In this document: piece by piece, positions 45,404 to 54,983 of the stretch
Layout of the letters: every line of letters starts with the position of its first letter
Position numbering within the stretch: position 1 is the first letter of the stretch
Assembly: GCA_965229565.1 (NCBI GenBank)
Contig: OZ245888.1
Location: 2,073,467-2,137,466 of the forward strand
Source: Gammaproteobacteria bacterium
GTDB lineage: Bacteria > Pseudomonadota > Gammaproteobacteria > Eutrophobiales > Eutrophobiaceae
Length of the DNA: 64,000 bases
Direction: 5' to 3'
The notes under the pieces: generated by a model
What the model saw: the letters and a program-made list of their open reading frames with translations, nothing else
Database searches by the model: none
What the model was told of the DNA's origin: nothing
Program-made: the position numbers and the translations under genes

Positions 45404-45856
45404 ATGGATAAAAATAGACAGCTTGAAATCATCGTTGGTCTGTTCATGCTGACCGGCATTATTGCGATCAGTTTTCTTGCCTTCAGGCTCGGTGATATCG
45501 GGCTGTTCAACCAGAATCAATACGAATTGATGGCGCGCTTTACCTCTGCGTCGGGTTTGAAACAAGGTGCGGCGGTCGAAATGGCCGGGGTCAAGGTCGG
45601 CAAGGTAAATGCCATCCGTTTCAATCCCGATGACTACCTGGCCGAGGTCACGATTGCGCTGGATAACACCGTGAAGGTACCGGACGACTCGATTGCCTCT
45701 ATTCGAACCGCGGGCATTATTGGTGATCGATTTATCAAGCTGTCGGCTGGTGGTAGTGACACCATGCTGGCAAACGGCGGTGAAATCTTCGAGACGGAAC
45801 CGTCAATCAATCTCGAAGAGTTAATCAGCAAGTATATTTTCGAATCTGACGAGTAA
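45404..45856 (+). CDS. mlaD: MCE-domain protein MlaD
   Basis: 150 aa with an N-terminal TM and an MCE domain (GLKQGAAVEMAGVKVGKV). Confidence 0.85.
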   Translation: MDKNRQLEIIVGLFMLTGIIAISFLAFRLGDIGLFNQNQYELMARFTSASGLKQGAAVEMAGVKVGKVNAIRFNPDDYLAEVTIALDNTVKVPDDSIASIRTAGIIGDRFIKLSAGGSDTMLANGGEIFETEPSINLEELISKYIFESDE

Positions 45857-45865
45857 ACCGGGTGT

Positions 45866-46492
45866 TTAACTGTCTTCTGGTATCACAGCGGCATCAGGTG
45901 TGGACTGGGCTTCTTTATGCCTCTTGATACGGTCCTGGATATCGAGCAATAAACCATCCATTCCGTCATTGTTCACGATAGCGGCAAAAGTGCTGCGATA
46001 GTTGCTGACCAGGCTTACGCCTTCGATGACCACGTCGTAGGCATACCACTCACCGTTATTGTTCTTCAGCTTGTAGTTAACCGGGATTTCATTGCTGTCT
46101 GTCACGATCAGTGTTTCAACCACGGCGCGCTGGCCGCGAATGGTTTCGCCCACGTATTCAACGCGCTGGTTACTGTAGGATTCAATCTTGGTGCGGTAGG
46201 TTTCTTCCAGGTACTGTGAGAAAAACTCGACAAAACGTTGGCGTTCTTCGGGTGTGGCCTTCTTCCAGTTCGTGGCCAGTACGCTTTGCGACATGCTTCG
46301 GAAATCGAAGCTGTCATTAATCACAGTGCCTATCCGGGTCCACTGCGTTTCCCTGTCCAGCGACTTATCCTGCAGGATACCTATCACCCTTTCGACAGAG
46401 TCCTGGACCCTGGCCATGGGCTCGGTAAAGGCCGACCAGATTGGTGTGCTGAAGAGAAAAACAGCGAGAAAGAGAGAAAAATGCCTTTTCAT
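45866..46492 (-). CDS. mlaC: Periplasmic phospholipid-binding protein MlaC (Ttg2D family)
   Basis: 208 aa from the ATG at 46492, with a signal peptide and MlaC-like FDFRSMSQSVLATNWKKATPEERQRFVEFF. It is on the opposite strand to mlaFED. Confidence 0.75.
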   Translation of the reverse strand: MKRHFSLFLAVFLFSTPIWSAFTEPMARVQDSVERVIGILQDKSLDRETQWTRIGTVINDSFDFRSMSQSVLATNWKKATPEERQRFVEFFSQYLEETYRTKIESYSNQRVEYVGETIRGQRAVVETLIVTDSNEIPVNYKLKNNNGEWYAYDVVIEGVSLVSNYRSTFAAIVNNDGMDGLLLDIQDRIKRHKEAQSTPDAAVIPEDS

Positions 46493-46771
46493 AAAACCGG
46501 GTTCCATAACATCTGCAAAAGAATTGATCGTACCGTTTTATCCCCGCAAACAAAAATGAATTGTGTCTGTAGATAACGACACAAGGTACAAATCCGGTAA
46601 TACCAGTGCTGTTAATGGCTTGTTTTTTAGTTAAAAGATATTTTAGATTATTAATGTAAATTATTGTTTTTAATAACTTATAATTTTCAATTTCAGGTAT
46701 TTTCTAAAGTTGGTCCGTGCGGCATGTGGATTGCTCTATTTACTGTTAAAAACGGTAAATAGGGAAAAGCA

Positions 46772-47059
46772 ATGAACGTATATCCATGCCGCTACCGGGG
46801 AAGCGCCGGTTTCGGTTGCAAAGATCACAAACAGCGCTGGATGTTTGTCCCGGACATGGGGCAGCTTTCAAAAAGGATCCATCGCAACCTGACGTTGGAC
46901 GATCTTCAATTTGCCAACGAACTGGCATATGAATTCGAACTACGCCTTGAAAATAATGCATCCTCCTTCCTCAATGGCTTAATACGGGCGAGCCGGCTGT
47001 TCACCAAGGCTGGCAGAGCGTCAACCGTTGAAGGACAACTGCTGGCAGCTAATTACTAG
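46772..47059 (+). CDS. Small soluble protein, function unknown
   Basis: 95-aa ORF preceded by about 200 nt of AT-rich DNA and followed by a strong terminator. Confidence 0.35.
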   Translation: MNVYPCRYRGSAGFGCKDHKQRWMFVPDMGQLSKRIHRNLTLDDLQFANELAYEFELRLENNASSFLNGLIRASRLFTKAGRASTVEGQLLAANY

Positions 47060-47110
47060 TACCTTCTCTCTCCCTGCTCATTAGTAAATAGCCGTAATTC
47101 CAGTAGAATA

Positions 47111-47139
47111 CTCGTGTCACCTGACACGAGTTTTTTTTT
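47111..47139 (+). terminator. Rho-independent terminator
   Basis: CTCGTGTCA-cc-TGACACGAG followed by TTTTTTTTT. Confidence 0.8.
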
Positions 47140-47143
47140 GGCC

Positions 47144-47860
47144 ATGAAATCGAAACAAATCCTGCTACTCGCGATCGTTATCATCATGGCCATGCTGTTT
47201 TTTGTCCTGGATATCCAGCAGTATCTCAACCTCGCCTACATCAAGTCACGCCAGGCCGAGATTGACCACTACTACCTGATGAACCCGATAAAAACCGGTG
47301 CCATCTTTTTTATCAGCTATGTGCTGATAACTTCCGCCTCCCTGCCCGGGGCCGGCATCATGACATTACTGGGCGGTGCCATCTTCGGAACTTTCTGGGG
47401 TTCGATACTGTGCTCGTTTGCCTCAATGATCGGGGCAACGATTGCGTTCCTGATCGCGCGTTACCTTTTTCACGACTATGTGCAAAAACACTTCAGCAAG
47501 AAAATTGAACCCATTAACCACGGCGTGAGGAAAGAAGGCAGTCTTTACCTGTTCACCGTTCGACTTGTACCGATCTTCCCGTTTTTTATCATCAATATCG
47601 TCATGGCCCTCACGCCAATCCGACCATTTACCTTTGCCTGGGTCAGCCAGCTGGGAATGTTGTTACCCACTATTATTTTTGTGAATGCCGGCATGCAGCT
47701 GGCCCAGATAGAATCACCATCGGATGTGTTATCACTGGAACTCATACTGTCATTTGCCTTGCTTGGTATCTTTCCCCTGGCTGCGAAGAAGACCCTGGTT
47801 TACATCAAGAAGAAACGTCACGAGAGTCTCGCCGACTACGAGGTAGAGAACGATGGCTGA
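47144..47860 (+). CDS. TVP38/TMEM64 (DedA-related) membrane protein
   Basis: 238 aa from the ATG at 47144; the GTG at 47114 lies inside the terminator hairpin. Multi-TM, with VRLVPIFPFFIINIVM typical of the family. Confidence 0.75.
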   Translation: MKSKQILLLAIVIIMAMLFFVLDIQQYLNLAYIKSRQAEIDHYYLMNPIKTGAIFFISYVLITSASLPGAGIMTLLGGAIFGTFWGSILCSFASMIGATIAFLIARYLFHDYVQKHFSKKIEPINHGVRKEGSLYLFTVRLVPIFPFFIINIVMALTPIRPFTFAWVSQLGMLLPTIIFVNAGMQLAQIESPSDVLSLELILSFALLGIFPLAAKKTLVYIKKKRHESLADYEVENDG

Positions 47861-49301
47861 TGGTCGCTATGACCGCAACCTCATTGTTATTGGAGCCGGT
47901 TCGGCCGGACTTGTATCTGCCTATATCGCTGCAGCCGTTAAATCCAGTGTTACCCTCATAGAAAAAAACCGCATGGGTGGAGATTGTCTGAATACCGGCT
48001 GTGTCCCCTCCAAGGCGTTATTGAAATCAGCACGTGTGGCAGCACTGGTAAAACGCGCCGATGAGTTTGGAATCAAGGTGGGCGAACCGCAGGTGGATTT
48101 TGCTGCGGTAATGCAACGCGTTCACGGGGTCATTGCAATGATTGAACCGCATGATTCCATAGAACGCTATGAATCACTGGGCGTAGAATGCCTGGTTGGT
48201 GAAGCCGAGCTCGTGGATGCGCATACCGTCAAGGTGAACGGGACAACACTCACCACGAAGAATATTATTATTGCCTCAGGTGGTTTACCCGTTGTCCCGC
48301 CCCTGCCCGGACTGGAGAAAGGTGATTATGTTACCTCGGAAGACCTTTGGCAGTTACGAGATCAACCGCAACAGATGATCGTACTGGGCGGTGGCCCGAT
48401 AGGTTGTGAACTCAGCCAGGCCTTTGCGCGCCTGGGCAGCAAGGTGACACAGGTCGAGATGGCCCCACGCATCTTGCTCCGGGAAGATGAAGAAGTCTCC
48501 AGCCTGATGCAGGCACAACTTGAGCATGATGGTGTCAACTGCATGCCCAACACGCGCGCGGTCAGGCTTGAAAAGACAGGCGAACAAAAACAACTCGTCT
48601 GCGAACAGGGCGGCCAGGAAGTAAAATTTCCCTTCGATACATTACTTGTTGCCGTGGGCAGAAAGGCCGTGACCAGCATTCCCGGGTTGGACAAGCTGGG
48701 ACTGGAATTAAATCAGGATGGTACACTCAAGGTCGACGAGTACATGCAGACCTCGCAGCAAGGAATCTTTGCCTGCGGCGATGTCGCTGGCCCCTACCAG
48801 TTTACCCATGTCGCTGCACACCAGGCCTGGTTCGCCAGTATCAATGCCCTGTTCGGGCGTTTCTGGAAATTCAAGGTGGATTACAGCGTGATCCCGTGGG
48901 CCACGTTCACCGAACCCGAGGTGGCGCGCGTGGGCTTGAACGAACAGGAAGCAAAACAGAAAGGCATTGCCTACGAGGTATCCCGTTACGAATTAGATGA
49001 ACTGGATCGCGCGATTACGGAAGGTGAAACCAGGGGCTTCGTCAAGGTGTTAACCGTACCCGGCAAAGACAGGATACTGGGTGCTACCATCGTGGCCGAG
49101 CAAGCGGGTGAACTGATCACCGAATACATCAACGCCATGAAACATGGCCTGGGCCTGAACAAGATACTCGGTACCATCCATATCTATCCCACCTTGTCCG
49201 AGGCAAACAAGTTCACCGCCGGGGTCTGGAAAAGAGCGCATGCACCACAGTGGTTACTGGGGTTGGTTGAAAAATTCCATCGCTGGCAGTTGAGAAACTA
49301 G
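47853..49301 (+). CDS. FAD-dependent pyridine nucleotide-disulfide oxidoreductase (class I, dihydrolipoamide dehydrogenase/MerA-like)
   Basis: 482 aa with GAGSAG dinucleotide fold, the redox-active GGDCLNTGCVPSK and a C-terminal dimerisation domain containing HIYPTLSE. 8-nt overlap with the TVP38 gene. Confidence 0.85.
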   Translation: MADGRYDRNLIVIGAGSAGLVSAYIAAAVKSSVTLIEKNRMGGDCLNTGCVPSKALLKSARVAALVKRADEFGIKVGEPQVDFAAVMQRVHGVIAMIEPHDSIERYESLGVECLVGEAELVDAHTVKVNGTTLTTKNIIIASGGLPVVPPLPGLEKGDYVTSEDLWQLRDQPQQMIVLGGGPIGCELSQAFARLGSKVTQVEMAPRILLREDEEVSSLMQAQLEHDGVNCMPNTRAVRLEKTGEQKQLVCEQGGQEVKFPFDTLLVAVGRKAVTSIPGLDKLGLELNQDGTLKVDEYMQTSQQGIFACGDVAGPYQFTHVAAHQAWFASINALFGRFWKFKVDYSVIPWATFTEPEVARVGLNEQEAKQKGIAYEVSRYELDELDRAITEGETRGFVKVLTVPGKDRILGATIVAEQAGELITEYINAMKHGLGLNKILGTIHIYPTLSEANKFTAGVWKRAHAPQWLLGLVEKFHRWQLRN

Positions 49302-50182
49302 ACCGGATCCTCGTGAATGAGGATATCGGCCTCCGGGTAGGCCTCGAGTAAACGCTTGTGCACGTCCTCGGCAATCCCGTGTGCCTCGGATAACTTAAGG
49401 TGTTTATCCAGGTCAAGATGAAACTGGATAAAGATATCGCGCCCCGATTGGCGTGTGCGTAATTCGTGAATATCGATCACCTGGCTGTGCCCTTTAACAA
49501 TCTCGATAATCCTGTTCCTGTCATCGTCACCCAGTTCACGATCCATCAGTTGGTCTATGGAACGTAACGCGATATCCCTGGCACTCCAGAGAATGTAGAC
49601 GGCGATCCCCATCGCCAGTACCGAGTCTATCCACCACATCTGCAACTGGCTGACCAGTACCAGTGAGACAATCACGATGCCATTCAGCAGGAAGTCGCTC
49701 ATGTAGTGAATGGAATCTGCCTTGATAGCTACAGACCCGGTTTTCTTGACGACATAATGTTGAAACTGGACGAGCACAAACGTGGCAACCAGCGATATCA
49801 CGATCACGATGATGCCAATGTTGGCATAGACCAACGGTTGCGGATTATAAAGACGCCTGATGGCCTCGAACATCAGGAAACCGGATGACGCGATGATAAA
49901 GCCGGCCTGTGAAAAACCCGCCAGGGCCTCGGCCTTGCCGTGGCCGAACCGGTGTTCTTCATCGGCCGGCTCCAGGGCATGGCGTACAGCGATAAGGTTG
50001 ATAATGGAGGCCAGAGAATCCAGGAAAGAATCCAACAGGCTGGATAGTAATGTCACCGAACCGGTCAGGGTGTAAGCGACCATCTTGATGAGGATAAGGA
50101 ATACGGCCACGCACACCGACGCCAGCGTCGCTGCCCGCATCAGTGATGATTGCTGTTCCTTGTGTACTGCCTCGGCTGCCAT
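49298..50182 (-). CDS. Cation diffusion facilitator (CDF) family transporter
   Basis: 294 aa with 6 TM helices, the CDF signature SLLDSFLDSLAS and HYMSD, and a C-terminal cytoplasmic domain. Confidence 0.9.
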   Translation of the reverse strand: MAAEAVHKEQQSSLMRAATLASVCVAVFLILIKMVAYTLTGSVTLLSSLLDSFLDSLASIINLIAVRHALEPADEEHRFGHGKAEALAGFSQAGFIIASSGFLMFEAIRRLYNPQPLVYANIGIIVIVISLVATFVLVQFQHYVVKKTGSVAIKADSIHYMSDFLLNGIVIVSLVLVSQLQMWWIDSVLAMGIAVYILWSARDIALRSIDQLMDRELGDDDRNRIIEIVKGHSQVIDIHELRTRQSGRDIFIQFHLDLDKHLKLSEAHGIAEDVHKRLLEAYPEADILIHEDPV

Positions 50183-50313
50183 ATTCTTGTTACTTTAACA
50201 TCCCGGACGGTATTATTGCTTTATCATATTTAGCTATGAAGACAATAAATATTCTCTAATAGAGACGCATTCCTTTTTAGGCTAATCTTCGCGCGGAAAT
50301 AAGGACAACAACA

Positions 50314-51675
50314 ATGACTGACTATAAATACGACCTGTTTGTAATTGGCGCCGGTTCTGGCGGTGTGCGTGCTGCACGCATGTCTGCGGGCCTGGGGGCA
50401 CGCGTGGGTGTGGCGGAAGACCGCTACCTGGGCGGCACCTGCGTTAATGTCGGTTGTGTCCCAAAGAAATTATTCGTCTATGCCTCGCACTTTGCCGAGG
50501 ATTTCGAGAATGCCAGGGGTTTTGGCTGGAATGTAGGCGAGCCCCACTTTGACTGGCAGACACTGCTCAGTAACAAGAACGATGAAATCAGGCGCCTGAA
50601 TGGCGTCTACAAGCGCATCCTGGATAATGCTGGCGTGGAGACCATTCTTGGCCGTGCCAGTATCGTTGATGAACACACGGTTGAGGTCAACGGTGAGCAT
50701 ATCAGCGCGGAACGCATCCTGGTTGCGACCGGTGGCTGGCCATCTATTCCCGAGATACCCGGCAAGGAACATGTTATTTCCTCCAACGAGGCCTTTTACC
50801 TTGAAAAACTACCGGAAAAAATCATCGTGGTAGGTGGTGGCTATATCGCCGTGGAGTTTGCCGGTATCTTCCATGGCCTCGGAGTCGACACCACCCTGCT
50901 CTACCGTGGGCCGCTGTTCATGCGCGGTTTCGACGAGGAGATCCGACAAAACCTGTATGAAGAGATGCAAAAGAAAGGCATTAATATCAAGTTCAATGCC
51001 AACATTCACCACATCGACAAGGAAGGCGACAAGTTAATCGCGACCCTGGAGGATGGCGCAGTACTGGAGGCCGGCCAGGTCATGTATGCCACCGGTCGCA
51101 CGCCCAAGGTCGAGGGACTGGGACTGGAGAACGTCGGCGTTGAACAGGACAAGAACGGTGCCATCAAGGTCAACCCGGAATACCAGACCAATGTGCCCTC
51201 TATCTATGCCATTGGTGACGTCACCGATCGCGTGCAGTTAACACCGGTGGCACTGGCAGAAGGCATGGTACTGGCACGACGCCTGTACGGAGGCCAGGAT
51301 GGCGAAGTGGATTACAACGATATCCCGACCTGCGTATTCAGCCAACCGAACCTGGGCACGGTGGGATTAACGGAAGAAGAAGCACGAACACTTTACGGTG
51401 AAGTCGATATCTACAAGTCGAAATTTACACCGATGAAGCTGTCACTCACCGAAAGTGATGAAAAAACCTTCATGAAAATGATCGTGGACAGGAAAACCGA
51501 CCGGGTCGTCGGTGTACACATGCTCGGCCCCGATGCCGGCGAGATCATCCAGGGCATTGGCATTGCCATCAAGGCCGGTGCAACGAAGAAGGTATTTGAT
51601 TCCACGATCGGGATTCATCCGACCGCGGCAGAAGAGTTTGTAACGATGCGAGAGCCGGTTACTAATAACCAGTAA
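50314..51675 (+). CDS. gor: Glutathione-disulfide reductase
   Basis: 453 aa with GAGSGG, the redox-active [13 protein letters not shown] and a C-terminal HPTAAEE. Size and motifs match Gor. Confidence 0.88.
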   Translation: MTDYKYDLFVIGAGSGGVRAARMSAGLGARVGVAEDRYLGGTCVNVGCVPKKLFVYASHFAEDFENARGFGWNVGEPHFDWQTLLSNKNDEIRRLNGVYKRILDNAGVETILGRASIVDEHTVEVNGEHISAERILVATGGWPSIPEIPGKEHVISSNEAFYLEKLPEKIIVVGGGYIAVEFAGIFHGLGVDTTLLYRGPLFMRGFDEEIRQNLYEEMQKKGINIKFNANIHHIDKEGDKLIATLEDGAVLEAGQVMYATGRTPKVEGLGLENVGVEQDKNGAIKVNPEYQTNVPSIYAIGDVTDRVQLTPVALAEGMVLARRLYGGQDGEVDYNDIPTCVFSQPNLGTVGLTEEEARTLYGEVDIYKSKFTPMKLSLTESDEKTFMKMIVDRKTDRVVGVHMLGPDAGEIIQGIGIAIKAGATKKVFDSTIGIHPTAAEEFVTMREPVTNNQ

Positions 51676-51866
51676 TTTGACTGGAAAATTCTGTCTTTCA
51701 TGGTTTATAAAGACACAACTGCCACTGCTTAAATACATTTTGATTATCCTGTGACGCCCTGACTGATAGGCGTGTAGCAAGTACAATTCGCCTGCTTAAT
51801 CCTGTATTTATTCCTGTTCAGACAAAAATAAACACTATAATGGCCCGCCACGGAGAACATACATAA

Positions 51867-53360
51867 ATGTTATTACTATCAAAAAAACAGGATTGGCTGG
51901 GAAATATTCGCGGTGATATCCTGGCAGGTCTTGTTGTTGCACTGGCCTTGATTCCTGAAGCAATTGCTTTTTCTATTATTGCCGGCGTCGATCCTAAAGT
52001 AGGCCTTTATGCTTCTTTCAGTATTGCCGTCATAACAGCGGTCGTCGGTGGCCGGCCGGGCATGATCAGTGCTGCTACCGGAGCCATGGTCTTGTTAATG
52101 GTGACCCTGGTTAAAGAACACGGTCTGGAATATTTATTACTCACAACAATAGTAACCGGCTTATTACAGATTATTTGTGGTTATTTAAAACTGGGCGGTT
52201 TAATGCGTTTTGTGTCACGCTCGGTTGTGACCGGCTTTGTTAATGCCCTTGCTATATTAATTTTTTTAGCACAACTACCAGAACTCACTAATGTGACGTG
52301 GCACGTCTATGCCCTGACCCTGGCTGGCCTGGCTATTATTTACCTCTTCCCCTATCTACCCACTATCGGAAAATCTATCCCGTCACCGTTGGTGTGCATT
52401 GTTGTGTTGTCCACTATTGCTGTTACTTTAGATCTTGATATTCGTACTGTTGGAGACATGGGACAATTACCTGACACCTTACCGGTCTTTCTCTGGCCAG
52501 ATGTTCCCTTTACATTAGAAACATTCAAGATCATATTGCCTTATGCTATTCCGTTGGCAATAGTCGGTTTGCTGGAGTCCTTAATGACAGCAACTATTAT
52601 TGATGATTTAACTGATACCAATAGTGATAAAAATCGCGAATGCAAGGGTCAGGGGATTGCTAATGTCGGCGCCGGGCTTTTAGGCGGCATGGCAGGTTGT
52701 GCCATGATAGGACAATCAGTCATTAATATTAAATCAGGAGGTCGTGGGCGCCTGTCTACCCTCCTTGCGGGTATATTTCTATTGGTTATGGTGGTTTTCA
52801 TGGATGAATGGATAAAACAGATTCCAATGGCAGCACTGGTCGCAGTCATGATCATGGTTTCAATAGGTACTTTTAGCTGGAATTCAATACGTGACTTAAA
52901 GTCACATCCGCTTTCTTCAAACGTAGTTATGATTGTAACTGTGATTGTTGTTGTATGGACGCATAACCTTGCGCTGGGTGTTTTTGTCGGCGTATTACTG
53001 GCATCATTGTTTTTTGCCAATAAAATCAGTCGTTTTATGTACGTTGAGTCAGAAAAGGATGAACAAAATGATGTTAGGACCTATCGCGTCATAGGCCAGG
53101 TATTTTTTAGTTCAGCTGATAAATTTATTGCGGCCTTTGATTTCAAAGAGGCAGTTGAGAAAGTCATAATTGATTTAAATCGAGCGCACTTCTGGGACAT
53201 CACCTCGGTCTCAGCATTAGATAAAGTAGTACTCAAGTTTCGAAGAGAAGGCGCAGATGTTGAACTCATTGGATTGAATCAAGCAAGCTCTACTATCATT
53301 GACCGTTTTGGCATACACGACAAACCTGAAGAAATAGAAAAATTTATGGGTGGTCACTAA
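51867..53360 (+). CDS. SulP family anion transporter with a C-terminal STAS domain
   Basis: 497 aa with the SulP N-terminus DILAGLVVALALIPEAIAFSIIAG, a multi-TM core and a STAS-like tail. Confidence 0.9.
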   Translation: MLLLSKKQDWLGNIRGDILAGLVVALALIPEAIAFSIIAGVDPKVGLYASFSIAVITAVVGGRPGMISAATGAMVLLMVTLVKEHGLEYLLLTTIVTGLLQIICGYLKLGGLMRFVSRSVVTGFVNALAILIFLAQLPELTNVTWHVYALTLAGLAIIYLFPYLPTIGKSIPSPLVCIVVLSTIAVTLDLDIRTVGDMGQLPDTLPVFLWPDVPFTLETFKIILPYAIPLAIVGLLESLMTATIIDDLTDTNSDKNRECKGQGIANVGAGLLGGMAGCAMIGQSVINIKSGGRGRLSTLLAGIFLLVMVVFMDEWIKQIPMAALVAVMIMVSIGTFSWNSIRDLKSHPLSSNVVMIVTVIVVVWTHNLALGVFVGVLLASLFFANKISRFMYVESEKDEQNDVRTYRVIGQVFFSSADKFIAAFDFKEAVEKVIIDLNRAHFWDITSVSALDKVVLKFRREGADVELIGLNQASSTIIDRFGIHDKPEEIEKFMGGH

Positions 53361-54226
53361 TGAATGATGAAGAAACAACAGTACTTGGGTGTATAGACGG
53401 CTCCAAGCTAAGTGAAGCTGTATGTGATTATGCTTCATGGGTTGCGCATCGTCTAAACATGCCATTAAAACTTATTAATACAATTGATCATCATCAGGAA
53501 GTTGCATCAATAAGTGATCTGTCTGGCAATCTTGGTTTTGATAGTCGTGATCATCTACTCGAAGAGATAACCGATCTGGAACATAAAAAAAGTAAATTAA
53601 GAATCCAACAAGGCAAAGCTATTCTACAAGATGCAAAACAACGTGTAATTGAAAGAGGGTTTCCTGATCCGATAACATGTCTTCAGCATGGTAGCCTTAT
53701 TGAATCATTAATTGAGCTTGAAAAGAAAACTCATTTGATTGTTGTTGGTGCTCGCGGAAAAATTAATGAAAACAGGCAAGATCAGATTGGTGCAAAACTG
53801 GAAGGTATGATTCGCTCATTGCATACACCAATATTGGTTGCATATGAACAATTTAAAATACCAAAAACGATAATGATTGCTTATGATGGCGGTGAAGCAG
53901 CAAATAAGGCAGTGGATATGGTGTCAAATAGTGCTTTATACCAGGGACTCGTTTGTCACCTGGTTTGTGTTAGTAATAAGGCCGGTGCAGATGAAGTGCT
54001 TGAGTGTGCTGTCAACAAACTACGACAAGCCGGCAATATAGAAACCATTGGCGCCAGTTTACGAGGTACGGCAGAAAAAGAACTCTGCGAATACCAGGTA
54101 AAGCATAATATTGACATGACTATTATGGGAGCATTCAGTCATACCCGTTTACACGATCTGCTGTTAGGTAGCTTTACCGTGAAAATGTTGTTCAATACCA
54201 AAAAGCCTTTATTGTTATTGAGGTAA
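53360..54226 (+). CDS. Tandem universal stress protein (UspE-like)
   Basis: 288 aa with two Usp halves (LIVVGARG...; IMGAFSHTRLHDLLLGS). The start overlaps the SulP stop (TAATG). Confidence 0.8.
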   Translation: MNDEETTVLGCIDGSKLSEAVCDYASWVAHRLNMPLKLINTIDHHQEVASISDLSGNLGFDSRDHLLEEITDLEHKKSKLRIQQGKAILQDAKQRVIERGFPDPITCLQHGSLIESLIELEKKTHLIVVGARGKINENRQDQIGAKLEGMIRSLHTPILVAYEQFKIPKTIMIAYDGGEAANKAVDMVSNSALYQGLVCHLVCVSNKAGADEVLECAVNKLRQAGNIETIGASLRGTAEKELCEYQVKHNIDMTIMGAFSHTRLHDLLLGSFTVKMLFNTKKPLLLLR

Positions 54227-54299
54227 AGTGTTTAATCGTTGTTGATAGTCAATGAAGTGCAAAGCGCAGAATGGAAGCGACTGTTTCTATTAATTTTTA

Positions 54300-54971
54300 C
54301 TAGCACCAGGTCTGTTGTGTTTCAGGTCTTTCAAGCAATTCCCGTATATTGGCCTCGATGATGCGGTAACCGACATTGCCGGTCAATCGCTGCCGGTCTT
54401 CGTTGAATGTCAGTGTCGGGCTGGCCTTGACCACGTTATCCATCGCGCGTTTCATGTGTTCACTGAGCACGGCATAGGCCTTGCCATTAGAAATACTTGA
54501 TTCAAATTCAGCCAGTGGCAATTGCTGATGTTCGATGATCTCGCGGATGACGGTTACATTGGAGATATCTTTCGCCTCGGCAAAGAAGGCCGAGCGCATC
54601 TGCCAGGCCAGATCGGTGAATGCACCTTCGGGTAATGTCCCGTGCTTTTCAGCGAACTGTGCGGCACAGAGATACAGGTGGCTGGGTAATGATGAGACTG
54701 GCGCATCCCTGGTCCAGATATCTTGATGCACCGGTAAATGTCCAAACTGGTCCACCACGGCATGCACATGCTTGTTATAGGCCGTGCGACCGCCCTTGCT
54801 TTCCCAGTTTTGATCTATCTTGTCGACGGCATTGCCGAACACCGGGAACAACAGGTACTCCAGTTCGACCTTGTCACCAAAGTTATCGATAAGTTCATTG
54901 ATGCGGATCTGAGAAACATAGGCCCAGACACAAAGTACATCGGAATAATGAGTTATTTGCAGCCTGGCCAT
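54300..54971 (-). CDS. DsbA-like thioredoxin-fold protein lacking a CxxC
   Basis: 223 aa. The N-terminus ITHYSDVLCVWAY is positioned like the DsbA/FrnE active site but has only one Cys. Confidence 0.55.
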   Translation of the reverse strand: MARLQITHYSDVLCVWAYVSQIRINELIDNFGDKVELEYLLFPVFGNAVDKIDQNWESKGGRTAYNKHVHAVVDQFGHLPVHQDIWTRDAPVSSLPSHLYLCAAQFAEKHGTLPEGAFTDLAWQMRSAFFAEAKDISNVTVIREIIEHQQLPLAEFESSISNGKAYAVLSEHMKRAMDNVVKASPTLTFNEDRQRLTGNVGYRIIEANIRELLERPETQQTWC

Positions 54972-54983
54972 GTTCGTTCGCCT

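Noticed and set aside
47114-47143. GTG start at 47114 for the TVP38 gene, as given by the ORF track
   Set aside because: These codons are the terminator hairpin and T-run of the upstream gene. The ATG at 47144 begins the plausible N-terminus MKSKQILLL.
51815-51841. Possible sigma70 promoter TGTTCA-N15-TATAAT upstream of the SulP gene
   Set aside because: The spacer is short and the -35 is weak. It is plausible but not strong enough to list as a feature.
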